From: Candidatus Omnitrophota bacterium
GTDB taxonomy: Bacteria > Omnitrophota > Gorgyraeia > Duberdicusellales > 4484-171
Direction: 5' to 3'
Length of the DNA stretch: 64,000 nt
Assembly (NCBI GenBank): GCA_043823745.1
Contig: JBDRAN010000006.1
Location: 40,176 to 104,175 of the forward strand
Under the pieces are notes generated by a model, which was given only the letters and a program-made list of their open reading frames with translations, was not told where the DNA came from and did not search any database. This document shows positions 35,649-46,892 of the stretch, piece by piece (the first letter of the stretch is position 1; every line of letters begins with the position of its first letter). The position numbers and the translations under genes are program-made.

Positions 35649-38147
35649 GTGACCAACGAACCAATCTACCTCATCGACGGAACATCTATCTGTTACCGTT
35701 CATTCTATGCACTGAAGCTTTCGAACTCAAAAGGACTTCCGACCGGTGCGGTATATGGTTTTTACAATACGCTTAAAAAAATACACGCGCTGTTTGGGCC
35801 CCAGCTCTTGGCTATGTGTTTCGATGTATCGCGCAAGACGTTTCGTCAGGAAAAATATAAAGAATATAAGATTAACCGTCCTCCGTCACCGGATGGCTTA
35901 AAAATACAAATCCCTTTTATCAAGCGCTTAGTCGCTCTTATGGGCCTGGCTGTCGTTGAAAAAGACGGATTTGAAGCCGATGACATTATATACACATTAA
36001 CTAAAAAAGCGGTCGCCCAGAATCGACCCACGGTTATTGTCACGTCCGATAAAGATATGTATCAGTTGCTCAGTGAGAGCAATGTAACGATATACAACCC
36101 CACGCAGGAACGCCTGATCAGGGAAGAAGATTTTTTCAAAGATTTTGGTTTTACCTCGTCGTTTATTATTGATTACCTGGCTCTGGCGGGTGATGCCAGC
36201 GATAACATCCCCGGCGCCAAGGGAATCGGCAAGGTAGGCGCCTCAAAGCTCATACAAGAATATCATACAATAGAAAACATATTCGCGCACATCGATGATA
36301 TCGCGCCAAAAACGAAAAAAATACTGATCGAGAACAAAACTATGGTCACCTTAAGCAAAGAGTTGGTAAAGCTTGCCTCCTGCGATATCGGGCTCGATTG
36401 GAAAGATTTAGGCGTTGGAGCCGCTGATCGTACGGGCCTATGCACCCTCTTTAGCGAGCTTGAGTTTAAAAGCCTGGTTAAAGACTTTGCGCAAGAAAGC
36501 CTTACGGTGCGCCTTGACATCAAAGATGCCACAGCCGCCGAAATCAAGGCGCTCAACAAAGACACGCTTACTTTTTTTAGCGAGGATGCCATAATCTATA
36601 TCTGCGGTGACAACACCCGCCTGTACCAAATTTCACTCGATGCGATCAAGGATGTCTTGGCTGACCAGGCTATACGAAAAATTTCATATGACTTTAAGGA
36701 GCAGCTCTACACCTGGGACGGCATTGCCTGCGCAGGAATATGGTTTGATATTAAAATTGCTGCCTATGTTGATGATCCGGCGTTACCTGATTATAGCCTC
36801 GAGGGTCTTGTGGCGCATTATCTGGGAGAATTTGTCTCAGAGATCCCAGGCCACGCAGCGCCCTATTACATTGATAAACTCTATACCGTACTTGCCGCAA
36901 AACTTACCGCGGAGAACCTCGAAAATCTTTTTTTCACCGTAGAGATGCCTCTTATGAAAGTTTTACGCGATATGGAATCAAGAGGTGTCGCAATCGACAC
37001 CACAGCGCTGCAAGACTTAGGCTCCGAAGTCCAAACGCGGCATGCGCAGGTAAGCAACGAAATTTTTTCGTTGGCCGGCAAAGAGTTTAACCTTAACTCG
37101 CCGACGCAGTTACGCGTTGTGCTTTTTGAAGACTTAAAAATACCGCCTCTGTCAAAGACCAAAACAGGCTATTCAACCAACGAAGAGGTTTTAACGAAAC
37201 TTGCGGCGCGCCACCCCATCGCGCGATTGCTCCTTGAACACAGGGAACTGACGAAACTAAAAACTACCTACATTATGCCTATCCTTGAAGCAGTAAAGCG
37301 GGGCGCGGGCAGACTCCATACGACCTTTAATCAGACCGCGACCCAGACGGGCCGGCTTTCTTCATCATCTCCGAATCTACAAAGCATTCCCGCGCGAGGA
37401 ACGTTTTCTGACGCATTGCGCCGCACCTTTATCTCGTCGTTTAACGAGGGTGTTATCCTGTCTGCTGATTATTCACAGATCGAATTACGTATCCTGGCTC
37501 ATTTTTCAGCCGACGCGGCGCTTACGCAAGCATTCAGGGATAATACCGATATCCATAGCTTTACCGCATCTCTGCTCTTTGGCGTACCTCAGGCTTCTAT
37601 ACGCGAGCTCGAGCGAGATACGGCGAAAAAGGTGAACTTTGGAATTCTCTACGGCATGAGCGCCTACGGCCTGGCGAGTGAGCTTGGGATTACCGCGCAC
37701 GAAGCGCAGAATTTTATTGATAGTTATTTTCTTCGCTACCCTGGCGTAAAAGAATACATCGATCATATACACCAGGCCGCCGAAACAAATGGGTATGTGA
37801 CTACAATACTCGGGAGACGCAGAAAACTGAACGACATTAAAAGCCAAAACCAGGCACTTCGTGAATTTGCGCGTCGACAAGCAATTAATACGCCGATCCA
37901 GGGATCCTGCGCCGATATCATAAAAACAGCAATGATACATATCCAGCGATCGCTGCGTGATCAAGGCTATACCGCGCAAATGATCATTCAGATACACGAT
38001 GAGCTTGTTTTCGATGTCCCGGTTGCGGAGCTCGAAAATGTTAAAAAAATCGTGCGCGTGCATATGGAAGAAAGTGTGCCCCTGCGCGTTCCTTTAAAAG
38101 TAAATATCGAAGAGGGAAAAAACTGGGCAGATACTCAAAAATCCTAA
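35649..38147 (+). CDS. polA: DNA polymerase I
   Basis: 5'-3' exonuclease N-domain, family-A polymerase motifs A (DYSQIELR), B (R…K…NFGILYG) and C (HDE); GTG start; 832 aa. Confidence 0.9.
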   Translation: MTNEPIYLIDGTSICYRSFYALKLSNSKGLPTGAVYGFYNTLKKIHALFGPQLLAMCFDVSRKTFRQEKYKEYKINRPPSPDGLKIQIPFIKRLVALMGLAVVEKDGFEADDIIYTLTKKAVAQNRPTVIVTSDKDMYQLLSESNVTIYNPTQERLIREEDFFKDFGFTSSFIIDYLALAGDASDNIPGAKGIGKVGASKLIQEYHTIENIFAHIDDIAPKTKKILIENKTMVTLSKELVKLASCDIGLDWKDLGVGAADRTGLCTLFSELEFKSLVKDFAQESLTVRLDIKDATAAEIKALNKDTLTFFSEDAIIYICGDNTRLYQISLDAIKDVLADQAIRKISYDFKEQLYTWDGIACAGIWFDIKIAAYVDDPALPDYSLEGLVAHYLGEFVSEIPGHAAPYYIDKLYTVLAAKLTAENLENLFFTVEMPLMKVLRDMESRGVAIDTTALQDLGSEVQTRHAQVSNEIFSLAGKEFNLNSPTQLRVVLFEDLKIPPLSKTKTGYSTNEEVLTKLAARHPIARLLLEHRELTKLKTTYIMPILEAVKRGAGRLHTTFNQTATQTGRLSSSSPNLQSIPARGTFSDALRRTFISSFNEGVILSADYSQIELRILAHFSADAALTQAFRDNTDIHSFTASLLFGVPQASIRELERDTAKKVNFGILYGMSAYGLASELGITAHEAQNFIDSYFLRYPGVKEYIDHIHQAAETNGYVTTILGRRRKLNDIKSQNQALREFARRQAINTPIQGSCADIIKTAMIHIQRSLRDQGYTAQMIIQIHDELVFDVPVAELENVKKIVRVHMEESVPLRVPLKVNIEEGKNWADTQKS

Positions 38148-38178
38148 TGTTCTCTACGTACAACAGAAGGGGGTCACG

Positions 38179-39549
38179 ATGAAAGTTGCGCTATGTTCTT
38201 CCGAAGTTTTCCCGTTCGCAAAAACCGGAGGGCTTGCTGACGTTACCGGAGCGCTGCCGGCGGCACTTGCAAAAGAAAAAGTTCAGGTAAAAGTATTTAT
38301 GCCCCTCTATAAAAACATAAAGCCTCAAAAGATGTTTGCCGACTACGGCCTCACCAAACAGGGCACCGTTGACTTTTATTTCGTCAAGAATGATAATTAT
38401 TTTTCACGCGATGCTCTTTACGGAACCCCTCAAGGGGATTATCCGGATAACCTTGAACGCTTTTCTTTTTTCAGCAAACAGGTACTTGAGATCTTAAAGA
38501 AAATAAAATTCTCTCCTGATGTGCTCCACGCCAATGACTGGCAAGCGGCACTGATCAATATTTACGCCAAAACAATCTATAAAAAAGACCCCTTTTTCAA
38601 GAACAGCCGCTGCGCGCTGACTATTCATAATCTCGCATACCAAGGTCTCTTTGAAAAAGAAAAATATCCACTTCTGGGCCTTTCATGGGATTATTTCAAT
38701 ATGCATCAGCTTGAATTTTACGGAAAGATAAATCTTTTAAAAGGCGGTATCGCTTTCTCCGATGTCGTCAACACCGTCAGCCCCACCTACGCAAAGCAAA
38801 TCCAGACACCCGACTATGGGTGCGGCCTGGAAGGCGTACTGCGAGAAAAACGAGAGCATCTATGCGGAATTTTAAACGCCATTGACTATACGATCTGGAA
38901 CCCTAAGACCGATACGCACATTTATAAGAAGTTTTCCGTGCTTAATCTTGAGGCAAAGCTTGAAAACAAAAAAGCCTTTCAGAAAGCCCTTGGCCTTACC
39001 GTAAACAAAGACACGCTGATGCTGGGCATGGTTACGCGGCTTGCGGAGCAAAAAGGTGTGGACATCCTCTCTGAAAGCATGGAGTACATCCTGAAAAAAC
39101 ACCAGGTGGTCATCCTTGGCTTTGGCGATGAAAAATACCATAAGACACTGAAAAAACTTGCGGTAAAATATAAAAAATCATTTTCCCTTAATTTAACGTT
39201 TGACGAGACACTCGCGCATCGAATTTATGCAGCGTGCGACTGTTTCCTCATGCCATCGCGCTTTGAACCCTGCGGCCTGTCGCAGATGATGAGCTACAAA
39301 TACGCCACGATTCCAATTGTGCATCATACCGGTGGCCTGGTAGATACGGTCGTTGACACGAGCTTGAAAGGCGGCGGATTCGTGTTCTATAAGTACTCAA
39401 GTAACGATTTAATCACGTGCATCGAGCGCGCGTACGCGCTGTTTAAAAATCGAAAAGAATGGTCCGCGTTACTTAAAAAAGTAAGCCGCTTCAACTTTTC
39501 CTGGGAAGCAACGGCGAAGAAGTATATTGAGATGTACGCGAAACTCTAA
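38179..39549 (+). CDS. glgA: glycogen synthase (ADP-glucose type)
   Basis: N-terminal KTGGLADV motif, GT-B fold; 456 aa. Confidence 0.85.
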   Translation: MKVALCSSEVFPFAKTGGLADVTGALPAALAKEKVQVKVFMPLYKNIKPQKMFADYGLTKQGTVDFYFVKNDNYFSRDALYGTPQGDYPDNLERFSFFSKQVLEILKKIKFSPDVLHANDWQAALINIYAKTIYKKDPFFKNSRCALTIHNLAYQGLFEKEKYPLLGLSWDYFNMHQLEFYGKINLLKGGIAFSDVVNTVSPTYAKQIQTPDYGCGLEGVLREKREHLCGILNAIDYTIWNPKTDTHIYKKFSVLNLEAKLENKKAFQKALGLTVNKDTLMLGMVTRLAEQKGVDILSESMEYILKKHQVVILGFGDEKYHKTLKKLAVKYKKSFSLNLTFDETLAHRIYAACDCFLMPSRFEPCGLSQMMSYKYATIPIVHHTGGLVDTVVDTSLKGGGFVFYKYSSNDLITCIERAYALFKNRKEWSALLKKVSRFNFSWEATAKKYIEMYAKL

Positions 39550-39565
39550 TCCTAAATTTTATTTG

Positions 39566-39638
39566 ACTACGTATCACGTATCAAGTAGCACGTAGCAGGT
39601 CATCAAAGACGTGATACGTGTTACGTGCTACCTGATAC
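39566..39638. repeat. ACGTGATACGTG-type palindromic intergenic element, copy 1 (glgA-coaE spacer)
   Basis: ctacgtatcacgtatcaagtagcacgtagcaggt … gacgtgatacgtgttacgtgctacctgatac; the 12-mer cacgtatcacgt and its reverse complement are both present. Confidence 0.65.
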
Positions 39639-39661
39639 TTTTTGGAAAAGGTTTATTAGTA

Positions 39662-40315
39662 ATGCCTGTCTTTGCGATAACCGGAAATCCTGGTTGCGGT
39701 AAGAGTACCGTGTGTGCGATGCTCGCAAAACGCGGGGCGCTGATCTTTGACGCCGATGCGTATGTCCACCGACTGTATCAAAATCGTAAAAGCCCGGTGT
39801 ACAAAAAAGTCGCAACCGTATTCCCGCAGACACTGACCCGGGGCGTTATTGACCGCCGCGCCTTAGGGGCGTTTGTCTTTAATAAACCCAAAGCGCGGAT
39901 GCGTTTAGAAGGTATTGTGCATCCGCCGGTTATTAAAGCGTTGCGGGCCTGGTGTCTTAAGGCGCGCTCAAAGAAACTCATTGCGCTCGCGGAAGTACCG
40001 CTTCTTTTTGAGAAGAAGTTAGAAAATATTTTCGATGGGGTAATTGTAGTGCGCGCGCCCCTTAAGACGCTGCGTGAGCGCACAAAGAAACGGAAAGGAT
40101 ATTCGGTTCGTTCTGCACGCGATCGGTTTTCGTTGTATCTGCCGATGGCTACCAAAATTAGACAAGCTGATTTCATTATCGATAACAGCGCATCGCGCGC
40201 GCGGTTATATAAAGAAATCGATATAGCCTGGAAAAAAATACAAACATATACATCGCGCGAAAAAAACTCATTACGGTCAATCACTAAGGAGGTTTCGTAT
40301 GGATGCGACCATTGA
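39662..40315 (+). CDS. coaE: dephospho-CoA kinase
   Basis: P-loop [11 protein letters not shown] at N-terminus; ATG 39662 (tracked ORF start 39611 is an upstream extension). Confidence 0.8.
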   Translation: MPVFAITGNPGCGKSTVCAMLAKRGALIFDADAYVHRLYQNRKSPVYKKVATVFPQTLTRGVIDRRALGAFVFNKPKARMRLEGIVHPPVIKALRAWCLKARSKKLIALAEVPLLFEKKLENIFDGVIVVRAPLKTLRERTKKRKGYSVRSARDRFSLYLPMATKIRQADFIIDNSASRARLYKEIDIAWKKIQTYTSREKNSLRSITKEVSYGCDH

Positions 40316-41558
40316 TATCGCGGTTTTAAAGGAAATGAAAATTTCGGAATTAAACAAGATGGCCAAAGATATGGACATCAACGGCTTCAGCGGCCTAAAA
40401 AAACAAGAGCTGATTTTTAAGATCCTGCAGGCCAAGGCGGAAAAAGAAGGGCTCATGTTTGGAAACGGAGTCCTTGAAATACTGCCCGAGGGCTTTGGCT
40501 TCCTACGTTCGCCCAACTACAACTATTTACCGTCACCCGATGACATTTATGTTTCTCCCTCGCAAATACGCAAATTCTCTCTGCGCACGGGAGATACGGT
40601 CAGCGGCCAAATACGCCCACCCAAGGAGAACGAAAAATATTTTGCGCTCCTTAAGGTCGAAGCGGTGAACATGGAGCACCCCGAAGAGGCGCGTAACCGG
40701 GTGCTGTTTGACAACTTAACGCCGATTTACCCGAAAGAGCGCCTCATTCTTGAAACGACGCCTGAAGAGCTCTCTACGAGAATCCTGGACCTGCTTTCAC
40801 CGATCGGCAAGGGCCAACGCGGCCTGATCGTCGCGCCTCCCTACAGCGGGAAAACAGTGCTTCTTCAAAAGGTAGCCAATGCTATAATGAAAAATTTCCC
40901 GGAAACAATCCTCATGGTGCTGCTCATTGATGAACGTCCGGAGGAAGTCACGGAAATGAAAACCATGGTCAAGGGTGAAGTTATCAGCTCCACCTTCGAT
41001 GAGCCGGCCCAGCGGCACGTGCAAGTGGCAGAAATTGTACTTGAGAAAGCAAAGCGCCTGGTCGAGCACAAAAAGGATGTGATTATCCTCCTCGATAGCA
41101 TTACACGTCTTGCGCGCGCCTACAATATTGTGGAACCGCACTCGGGACGAATACTTTCCGGCGGAATTGACTCCAACGCCCTTCATAAGCCTAAACGGTT
41201 CTTCGGAGCAGCACGGGCGATGGAAGAAGGGGGGTCCCTTACGATTATCGCGACCTCATTGGTCGACACCGGATCGCGCATGGACGATGTCATTTTTGAG
41301 GAGTTCAAAGGAACCGGCAACATGGAAATTAATATGGATCGCAACATTTTTCAGCGAAGGCTATACCCGTCGATCGATATTAAACGCTCCAACACCCGGC
41401 GCGAAGAACTGCTTATCCATCCTGATGAGCTCCAAAGAATCTGGATCTTACGCAAAGCCCTAAACGAGCTCAGTTCGGCGGAGGCGCTGGAGCTGTTGAT
41501 CGAACGGCTGTCGAAGACTAAAAACAACGTAGAGTTTCTCCTGACGCTGAATAAATAA
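40299..41558 (+). CDS. rho: transcription termination factor Rho
   Basis: N-terminal RNA-binding domain, RecA-like ATPase with Walker A/B, Q- and R-loops; 419 aa. Confidence 0.9.
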   Translation: MDATIDIAVLKEMKISELNKMAKDMDINGFSGLKKQELIFKILQAKAEKEGLMFGNGVLEILPEGFGFLRSPNYNYLPSPDDIYVSPSQIRKFSLRTGDTVSGQIRPPKENEKYFALLKVEAVNMEHPEEARNRVLFDNLTPIYPKERLILETTPEELSTRILDLLSPIGKGQRGLIVAPPYSGKTVLLQKVANAIMKNFPETILMVLLIDERPEEVTEMKTMVKGEVISSTFDEPAQRHVQVAEIVLEKAKRLVEHKKDVIILLDSITRLARAYNIVEPHSGRILSGGIDSNALHKPKRFFGAARAMEEGGSLTIIATSLVDTGSRMDDVIFEEFKGTGNMEINMDRNIFQRRLYPSIDIKRSNTRREELLIHPDELQRIWILRKALNELSSAEALELLIERLSKTKNNVEFLLTLNK

Positions 41559-41585
41559 ATGAAGCAGCCCCGGTGTCATGGCGGG

Positions 41586-41713
41586 GCGTAGCTGAATTTA
41601 CCCCGCCCTTTTGGTCAAAGGTAACGTTCGGCTAAGGTAAAGTTTTGATTTACAAATTCGTAAATTAGTATATATTTTAAGGACTATGGGAACCTCGCCT
41701 TAAAAGGGCGGGG
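41586..41713. repeat. IR-bounded ~130-nt promoter-proximal cassette, copy 3 (upstream of rpmE)
   Basis: Left arm gcgtagctgaatttaccccgcccttttgg (41586-41614), which also forms a local GGCGGGG/CCCCGCC hairpin plus CTTTT that could terminate rho; right arm cttaaaagggcggggttaattcgcg (41689-41713); core has TTGATT-17-(g)TATAT; followed by hairpin gcggacgac…gtcgtccgc and CTCATTAAAGGAGG-ATG. Confidence 0.7.
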
Positions 41714-41801
41714 TTAATTCGCGGACGACAAAAAGCCTACGACTTACGTTCATTCGCGGGCTCATTCCGTAAGTCGTCCGCTCATTAAAGGAGGGTCTAT
41801 C

Positions 41802-42008
41802 ATGAAAGACAAAATTCACCCCAAGTATGAATCTGCCACCATTATGTGCGCATGCGGTAACGTCGTGCACACCCGTTCAACAAAAAAAACGTTGAACGTT
41901 GAAATCTGCTCAAAATGCCATCCCTTTTTTACCGGCAAACACAAATTTGTCGATTCAGAGGGACGAGTAGATAAGTTCATCAAGAAATACGCAAAGAAGA
42001 AATCGTAA
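41802..42008 (+). CDS. rpmE: 50S ribosomal protein L31
   Basis: MKDKIHPKY…CxC…[10 protein letters not shown] zinc ribbon; 68 aa. Confidence 0.85.
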   Translation: MKDKIHPKYESATIMCACGNVVHTRSTKKTLNVEICSKCHPFFTGKHKFVDSEGRVDKFIKKYAKKKS

Positions 42009-42107
42009 GGCATTGCACCTGGTACGCGCCACGGCTTAAGGGGCCCGTTAACGGTCAGGGACATCGAGAATCCGTTCCGGCCAGCGTCGCATAGCACACG
42101 GCACTCC

Positions 42108-43178
42108 ATGATTAACTACGACAAGCTTAAAGAAGAACATGCACTGGTTTCCGAGCAGCTTTCGCATGCCGCCGTCCTGACGAACCGAGAGAAATATCAG
42201 CACCTAACCCGGCGTTTTTCGTTTCTTGAAAAAATAATGGCGATGCTGAAGCTGCGTGATGAACTGTTCGCGCAAAAAGCCCATCTCAAAGAGATCTTAA
42301 CCGTTCCCAAAGAGGAAGAAGAGGTTAAGCATATGGCACGCGAGGAACTCGCGGCGGTTGAGAATAAAATCAGCGCGCTCCAAGAGGGTATCGAAGAGCG
42401 GCTCTTTGAAGAAGATGAACCCGAAGGTGACGTTCTCGTTGAAATTAGGGCTGCTGCCGGAGGGGAAGAATCAGCCCTTTTTGCGGCAACCCTTTTAAAG
42501 ATGTACTCTAAATATATCGAGAGAAAAGGCTGGAACTTCGAACTTTTGAGTTCGCACGCCACGGATATCAAAGGCTACAAAGAAGTCATTTTTTCGGTAC
42601 AGGGCAAGGGGGCCTACACCAATTTAAAATTTGAAAGCGGCGTACACCGAGTGCAACGTGTGCCCGCGACGGAGGCAAGCGGCAGGATTCATACGTCAAC
42701 CGTTACGGTCGCGGTACTCATTGAGCCGCAGGAAGTTGAGCTCAAGCTTGGCCCCGAAGATCTTAGAATCGATACCTATCGCGCCGGAGGAGCCGGGGGC
42801 CAGCATGTAAACCGTACCGATTCTGCCGTGCGCATGACGCATCTCCCAACCGGCATCGTAGTCTGTTGCCAAGATGAACGCTCCCAGTTAAAAAACAGAA
42901 CAAAAGCGCTCAAGATAATGAAAATACGTATTATGGATAAGATGGAACGCGAGCAAACAGCTAAAATCACGAGTGCCCGGCGAGTACAGGTTGGAACGGG
43001 TGAGCGCAGCGAAAAGATACGCACCTACAATTTCCCCGAACGCCGGATCACAGACCACCGTATCAACTTCACCACATACCGCTTAGAAGAGGTCCTTGAG
43101 GGTGACCTTGCGGAGCTTTTTAAAGCGCTGACCCACGAGGAACGAAAAAAACTATATGAGCTTAAAGGATTGGTGTAA
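42108..43178 (+). CDS. prfA: peptide chain release factor 1
   Basis: GGQ motif ([13 protein letters not shown]), PxT-region; 356 aa. Confidence 0.9.
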   Translation: MINYDKLKEEHALVSEQLSHAAVLTNREKYQHLTRRFSFLEKIMAMLKLRDELFAQKAHLKEILTVPKEEEEVKHMAREELAAVENKISALQEGIEERLFEEDEPEGDVLVEIRAAAGGEESALFAATLLKMYSKYIERKGWNFELLSSHATDIKGYKEVIFSVQGKGAYTNLKFESGVHRVQRVPATEASGRIHTSTVTVAVLIEPQEVELKLGPEDLRIDTYRAGGAGGQHVNRTDSAVRMTHLPTGIVVCCQDERSQLKNRTKALKIMKIRIMDKMEREQTAKITSARRVQVGTGERSEKIRTYNFPERRITDHRINFTTYRLEEVLEGDLAELFKALTHEERKKLYELKGLV

Positions 43179-43950
43179 AAAATACGAGCGGGACTTCAGC
43201 CCGCGTGACTTACACTTTCTCATGAAACACTGGCCGGCCGCCGCGGACCAAACTCCTCTTGATCGAGCCTCCTGCGTCATGCTTGAAGATGTAAGGACCC
43301 GGTACGGCCGCGGTGAACCCATGGCCTACATTATTGGAAAAGAAGAGTTCTACGGCAGGGAATTTCTGGTTAACGCGCATACACTTATCCCGCGTCCGGA
43401 AACAGAAATTATCGTAGAACGCGCTGGTGATCTCATCAAACATGCGGGCCTCAAGCGTATCCTCGATCTTGGCTGCGGATCCGGCAACATTGCCATAACG
43501 ATTCAAAAACGCTCTTCGGAAACCATTGAGGTCGTTGGCGCCGACATCAGTATGCAGGCACTTCGGGTAAGTCACCATAACGCGCGCAAACATGAGAGCC
43601 CGGTTATGCTGGTGCAGACAGATCTCTTCGCATGCTTTAAGCACCATGTTTTTGACATGATCGTAGCGAATCCTCCGTATGTTGAAGCGGAGTACCTGGC
43701 ACAAAGCTCTTCGCTCGCGCATGAACCGCGCGTCGCGCTCTGGGCAGGCACCGATGGTCTCTCCTTTATACGGACTATTATCGAGAAAGGGTATCGTTAT
43801 GTGACCCCCCACGGATATGTACTGATCGAGGTTGGGGCGCAACAAAAAGATGCAATTAATAAACTTCTTGATACAATACAGGTATACCGTAATCGAGAAT
43901 GGATCACGGATTACAGCAATAACGACCGGGGGATATTACTCCAAATATAA
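43156..43950 (+). CDS. prmC: release-factor glutamine N5-methyltransferase
   Basis: NPPY motif, SAM-binding LDLGCGSG; follows prfA with 23-nt overlap. Confidence 0.8.
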   Translation: MSLKDWCKKYERDFSPRDLHFLMKHWPAAADQTPLDRASCVMLEDVRTRYGRGEPMAYIIGKEEFYGREFLVNAHTLIPRPETEIIVERAGDLIKHAGLKRILDLGCGSGNIAITIQKRSSETIEVVGADISMQALRVSHHNARKHESPVMLVQTDLFACFKHHVFDMIVANPPYVEAEYLAQSSSLAHEPRVALWAGTDGLSFIRTIIEKGYRYVTPHGYVLIEVGAQQKDAINKLLDTIQVYRNREWITDYSNNDRGILLQI

Positions 43951-43953
43951 TCT

Positions 43954-45216
43954 ATGGATAAATTTGTCTTACATAAATCAATACTTAAAGGAACCGTTGT
44001 TATCGGGGGTTCAAAAAACGCGGCGCTTCCGCTGATGGCTGCAACAATCCTGACGGATGAGGAATGTGTCATCAAGAATGTTCCTGACCTCATGGATATC
44101 CGCACCATGCTCAAAATCCTTGAGGTGTTGGGCAAAGAAGTTTCCTTGAATGCCGGCATCGTTACGGTCCGCGCTACCAAAAAACAGGGGTTTGTCGCGC
44201 CTTACCGGCTTGTGCGAACTATGCGCGCATCGTTTTGCTGCCTTGGGCCTCTTCTGGCCAAGCGCAAAAAAGCAAAAGTAAGCTTACCCGGGGGTTGCAT
44301 TATTGGAGTACGCCCCGTGGATCTGCATATCAAAGGTTTAACGGAACTGGGGGCGAACATCAATGTTGAGAAAGGTTATTGTATCGGTGACGGCAAAGCG
44401 TTGCGCGGCACACACATTTATTTAGGCGGTGCTTTTGGCTCATCGGTGCTTGCCACCGCCAACGTCATGATGGCAGCAACGCTTGCGGAGGGAGAAACAG
44501 TCATTGAATACGCGGCGTGTGAACCGGAAATAGAAAGTCTTGCGATATTTCTAAAACGGATGGGCGCGGACATCTCCGGCGAGGGAACGCCGATGGTGCG
44601 TATTCGCGGAGTAAAAAAACTTGCCGGGGGCACGTTTGAGAACATTTCAGACCGCATCGAAGCAGGAACCTTTATCGCGGCAGCGTTAGCCACAAATTCT
44701 ACAATCATCATCCAGGGAGTAAACCCATTTCATTTAACCTCGGTGCTTGAGGCGGCACGTAAAATCGGTTCTGATATTCGTATCGACAACAACGCAACCA
44801 TCATGATCCAGCCAAAGACAATACTTAAACCTTTTAATATCGTGACGCTTCCCTATCCGGGGTTTCCTACGGACCTGCAGGCTCAATTTATGGTTGCGCT
44901 ATGCTTCGCGAAGGGAATTTCTCTGATTACGGAAAAAATCTACCCTGATCGTTTTATGCATGTCGCGGAATTAAATCGTATGGGGGCACATATCCAGCGC
45001 AGCGGTCCCTACGCAATCATTGAGGGGGGCGGAGCGCTCTACGGAGCCGAGGTAATGGCTTCCGATTTACGCGCCTCGGCGGCGCTGGTCATCGCAGCAC
45101 TTGCAGCGGAAGATAAAACCGAGATATTCCGTATTTACCATATTGACCGGGGGTATGAACACATCGAAGAGAAACTACGCGCGCTCGGAGCAAAAATAAA
45201 GAGAGAGAAGCAGTAA
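43954..45216 (+). CDS. murA: UDP-N-acetylglucosamine 1-carboxyvinyltransferase
   Basis: EPSP-synthase-like fold, catalytic Cys region (…RASFCCLGPLLA…); 420 aa. Confidence 0.85.
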   Translation: MDKFVLHKSILKGTVVIGGSKNAALPLMAATILTDEECVIKNVPDLMDIRTMLKILEVLGKEVSLNAGIVTVRATKKQGFVAPYRLVRTMRASFCCLGPLLAKRKKAKVSLPGGCIIGVRPVDLHIKGLTELGANINVEKGYCIGDGKALRGTHIYLGGAFGSSVLATANVMMAATLAEGETVIEYAACEPEIESLAIFLKRMGADISGEGTPMVRIRGVKKLAGGTFENISDRIEAGTFIAAALATNSTIIIQGVNPFHLTSVLEAARKIGSDIRIDNNATIMIQPKTILKPFNIVTLPYPGFPTDLQAQFMVALCFAKGISLITEKIYPDRFMHVAELNRMGAHIQRSGPYAIIEGGGALYGAEVMASDLRASAALVIAALAAEDKTEIFRIYHIDRGYEHIEEKLRALGAKIKREKQ

Positions 45217-45218
45217 CA

Positions 45219-45284
45219 AGTACCACGTACCAGGTAACACGTCAAATAAACGTGATACGTGATACGTGCTACATGATACGTAGA
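45219..45284. repeat. ACGTGATACGTG-type palindromic intergenic element, copy 2 (murA-trpG spacer)
   Basis: caagtaccacgtaccaggtaacacgtcaaataaacgtgatacgtgatacgtgctacatgatacgtag; right half near-identical to copy 1 (acgtgatacgtg.tacgtgctac.tgatac). Confidence 0.65.
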
Positions 45285-45288
45285 TACC

Positions 45289-45852
45289 ATGGTATTAATG
45301 ATCGACAATTACGACTCGTTCACCTATAACCTGGTTCAATATTTTCAGGAACTGAATCAGCAGGTAGTCGTGTATCGCAACGACGCGATAGATCTCGCCG
45401 GCATCGTGAGGCTTAAAGCCAGCCGCGTAGTGATTTCTCCCGGCCCCGGAAGACCACAGGATGCGGGTATCAGCTGCGCTGTTATCCGTGCCTTATACAC
45501 AACGGTACCTATCCTGGGTGTATGTCTTGGGCATCAGTGTATCGGATACGCATTTGGCGCTAAAATTATCCGGGCTCCGGAAATCATGCACGGCAAAACA
45601 TCGCTTGTGTATCATACCGGTTCCGGAATATTTAAGAATGTAAAAAACCCCTTCACCGCAACCCGTTATCATTCACTGGTGATTGATAAAAAAACGGTTC
45701 CAACCGCATTGACGATCACCGCACGCACGCGGACCGGTGTGATTATGGGCGTGCGAGAAAAACGGTATCCGCTTTGGGGAGTACAATTTCATCCTGAATC
45801 GATACTGACCGGGGAAGGAAAGAAAATACTCGCTAATTTCTTACGCATATGA
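45289..45852 (+). CDS. trpG: anthranilate synthase component II / glutamine amidotransferase
   Basis: Class-I GATase triad region GVCLGHQ…H-E; 187 aa; heads trpD-C-F-B-A. Confidence 0.8.
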   Translation: MVLMIDNYDSFTYNLVQYFQELNQQVVVYRNDAIDLAGIVRLKASRVVISPGPGRPQDAGISCAVIRALYTTVPILGVCLGHQCIGYAFGAKIIRAPEIMHGKTSLVYHTGSGIFKNVKNPFTATRYHSLVIDKKTVPTALTITARTRTGVIMGVREKRYPLWGVQFHPESILTGEGKKILANFLRI

Positions 45853-46892
45853 TTAAAGAAGCAATCGTAAGCCTATTTCAACACAAAGACCTCTCAAGGG
45901 CATGCGCGCAGGAAGCGTTCGAAGAAATTCTTTCTCAAAAAGCAACCAATGCTCAAATTGCGGCATTCCTGGTCGCCCTTGCTGCCAAACAGGAGAAAGA
46001 AATCGAGATTACCGCGGCGGCACTGACGCTCCGGAAAAAAGCGATACGGGTAATCGCGCGGGAATCTTTCGTGGGCATCGAAAACACCGATGAGCCGATA
46101 TTCGACACCTGCGGTACCGGCGGCTCCGGCGTCAATAAATTCAATATTTCAACGGCAACGGCGTTTGTGGTAAGCGCCGCGGGCATTCGAGTGGCTAAGC
46201 ACGGTAATCGTGCCATGACCTCCAGCTGCGGAAGCGCTGATGTATTGGAGGCGCTGGGAGTCACCGTGACGGCAGAACCACGCATCATGGGGGATGCGAT
46301 ACGCGCGGTCGGCGTCGGTTTCCTCTTTGCTCCCCTTTACCATCCGGCACTGGCCGGTATTGCGCAGATTCGCCGGGAAATCGGCATACGTACTATTTTC
46401 AATATCCTCGGGCCCCTCTGTAATCCCGCGGGAGCCACGCATCAACTGCTCGGAGTCTACCGTAAAGAGCTCCTGGGAACCATGGCACGCGTTCTTCGAG
46501 CCCTTGGCACGCGCCGTGCGTTCGTCGTACACAGCAGTGATCTTAAAGATGAGATTTCTCTTTCAAGTACCACCGCCGTCGCGCATCTTCATAAAAATAA
46601 AATCGAAAAGATTTCGATACGCCCGTCCGATTTCGGCTTAAAAAAAATAAAGATTAAAGACATCGAGGTTGGGAACGCGAAAGAAAGCGCGCGCGTCATT
46701 ACGGGTGTCCTGGGCGGTAAACGATCGGCTGCGCGCGAAATTGTATTAGCGAATGCCGGGGCTTCTTTGTATATTCTCGGTTGCGTCGCAAACCTTAAAG
46801 AGGGCGCGCGCATTGCCGCAACCCTCATCGATACAGGCGCGGCGCAAAAAAAGCTCTTTGACTTAAAGGAGTTTATACGCTCCCATGCATAA
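45849..46892 (+). CDS. trpD: anthranilate phosphoribosyltransferase
   Basis: GTGGSG-like PRPP-binding region (DTCGTGGSGVNKFNISTA); 347 aa. Confidence 0.85.
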   Translation: MIKEAIVSLFQHKDLSRACAQEAFEEILSQKATNAQIAAFLVALAAKQEKEIEITAAALTLRKKAIRVIARESFVGIENTDEPIFDTCGTGGSGVNKFNISTATAFVVSAAGIRVAKHGNRAMTSSCGSADVLEALGVTVTAEPRIMGDAIRAVGVGFLFAPLYHPALAGIAQIRREIGIRTIFNILGPLCNPAGATHQLLGVYRKELLGTMARVLRALGTRRAFVVHSSDLKDEISLSSTTAVAHLHKNKIEKISIRPSDFGLKKIKIKDIEVGNAKESARVITGVLGGKRSAAREIVLANAGASLYILGCVANLKEGARIAATLIDTGAAQKKLFDLKEFIRSHA

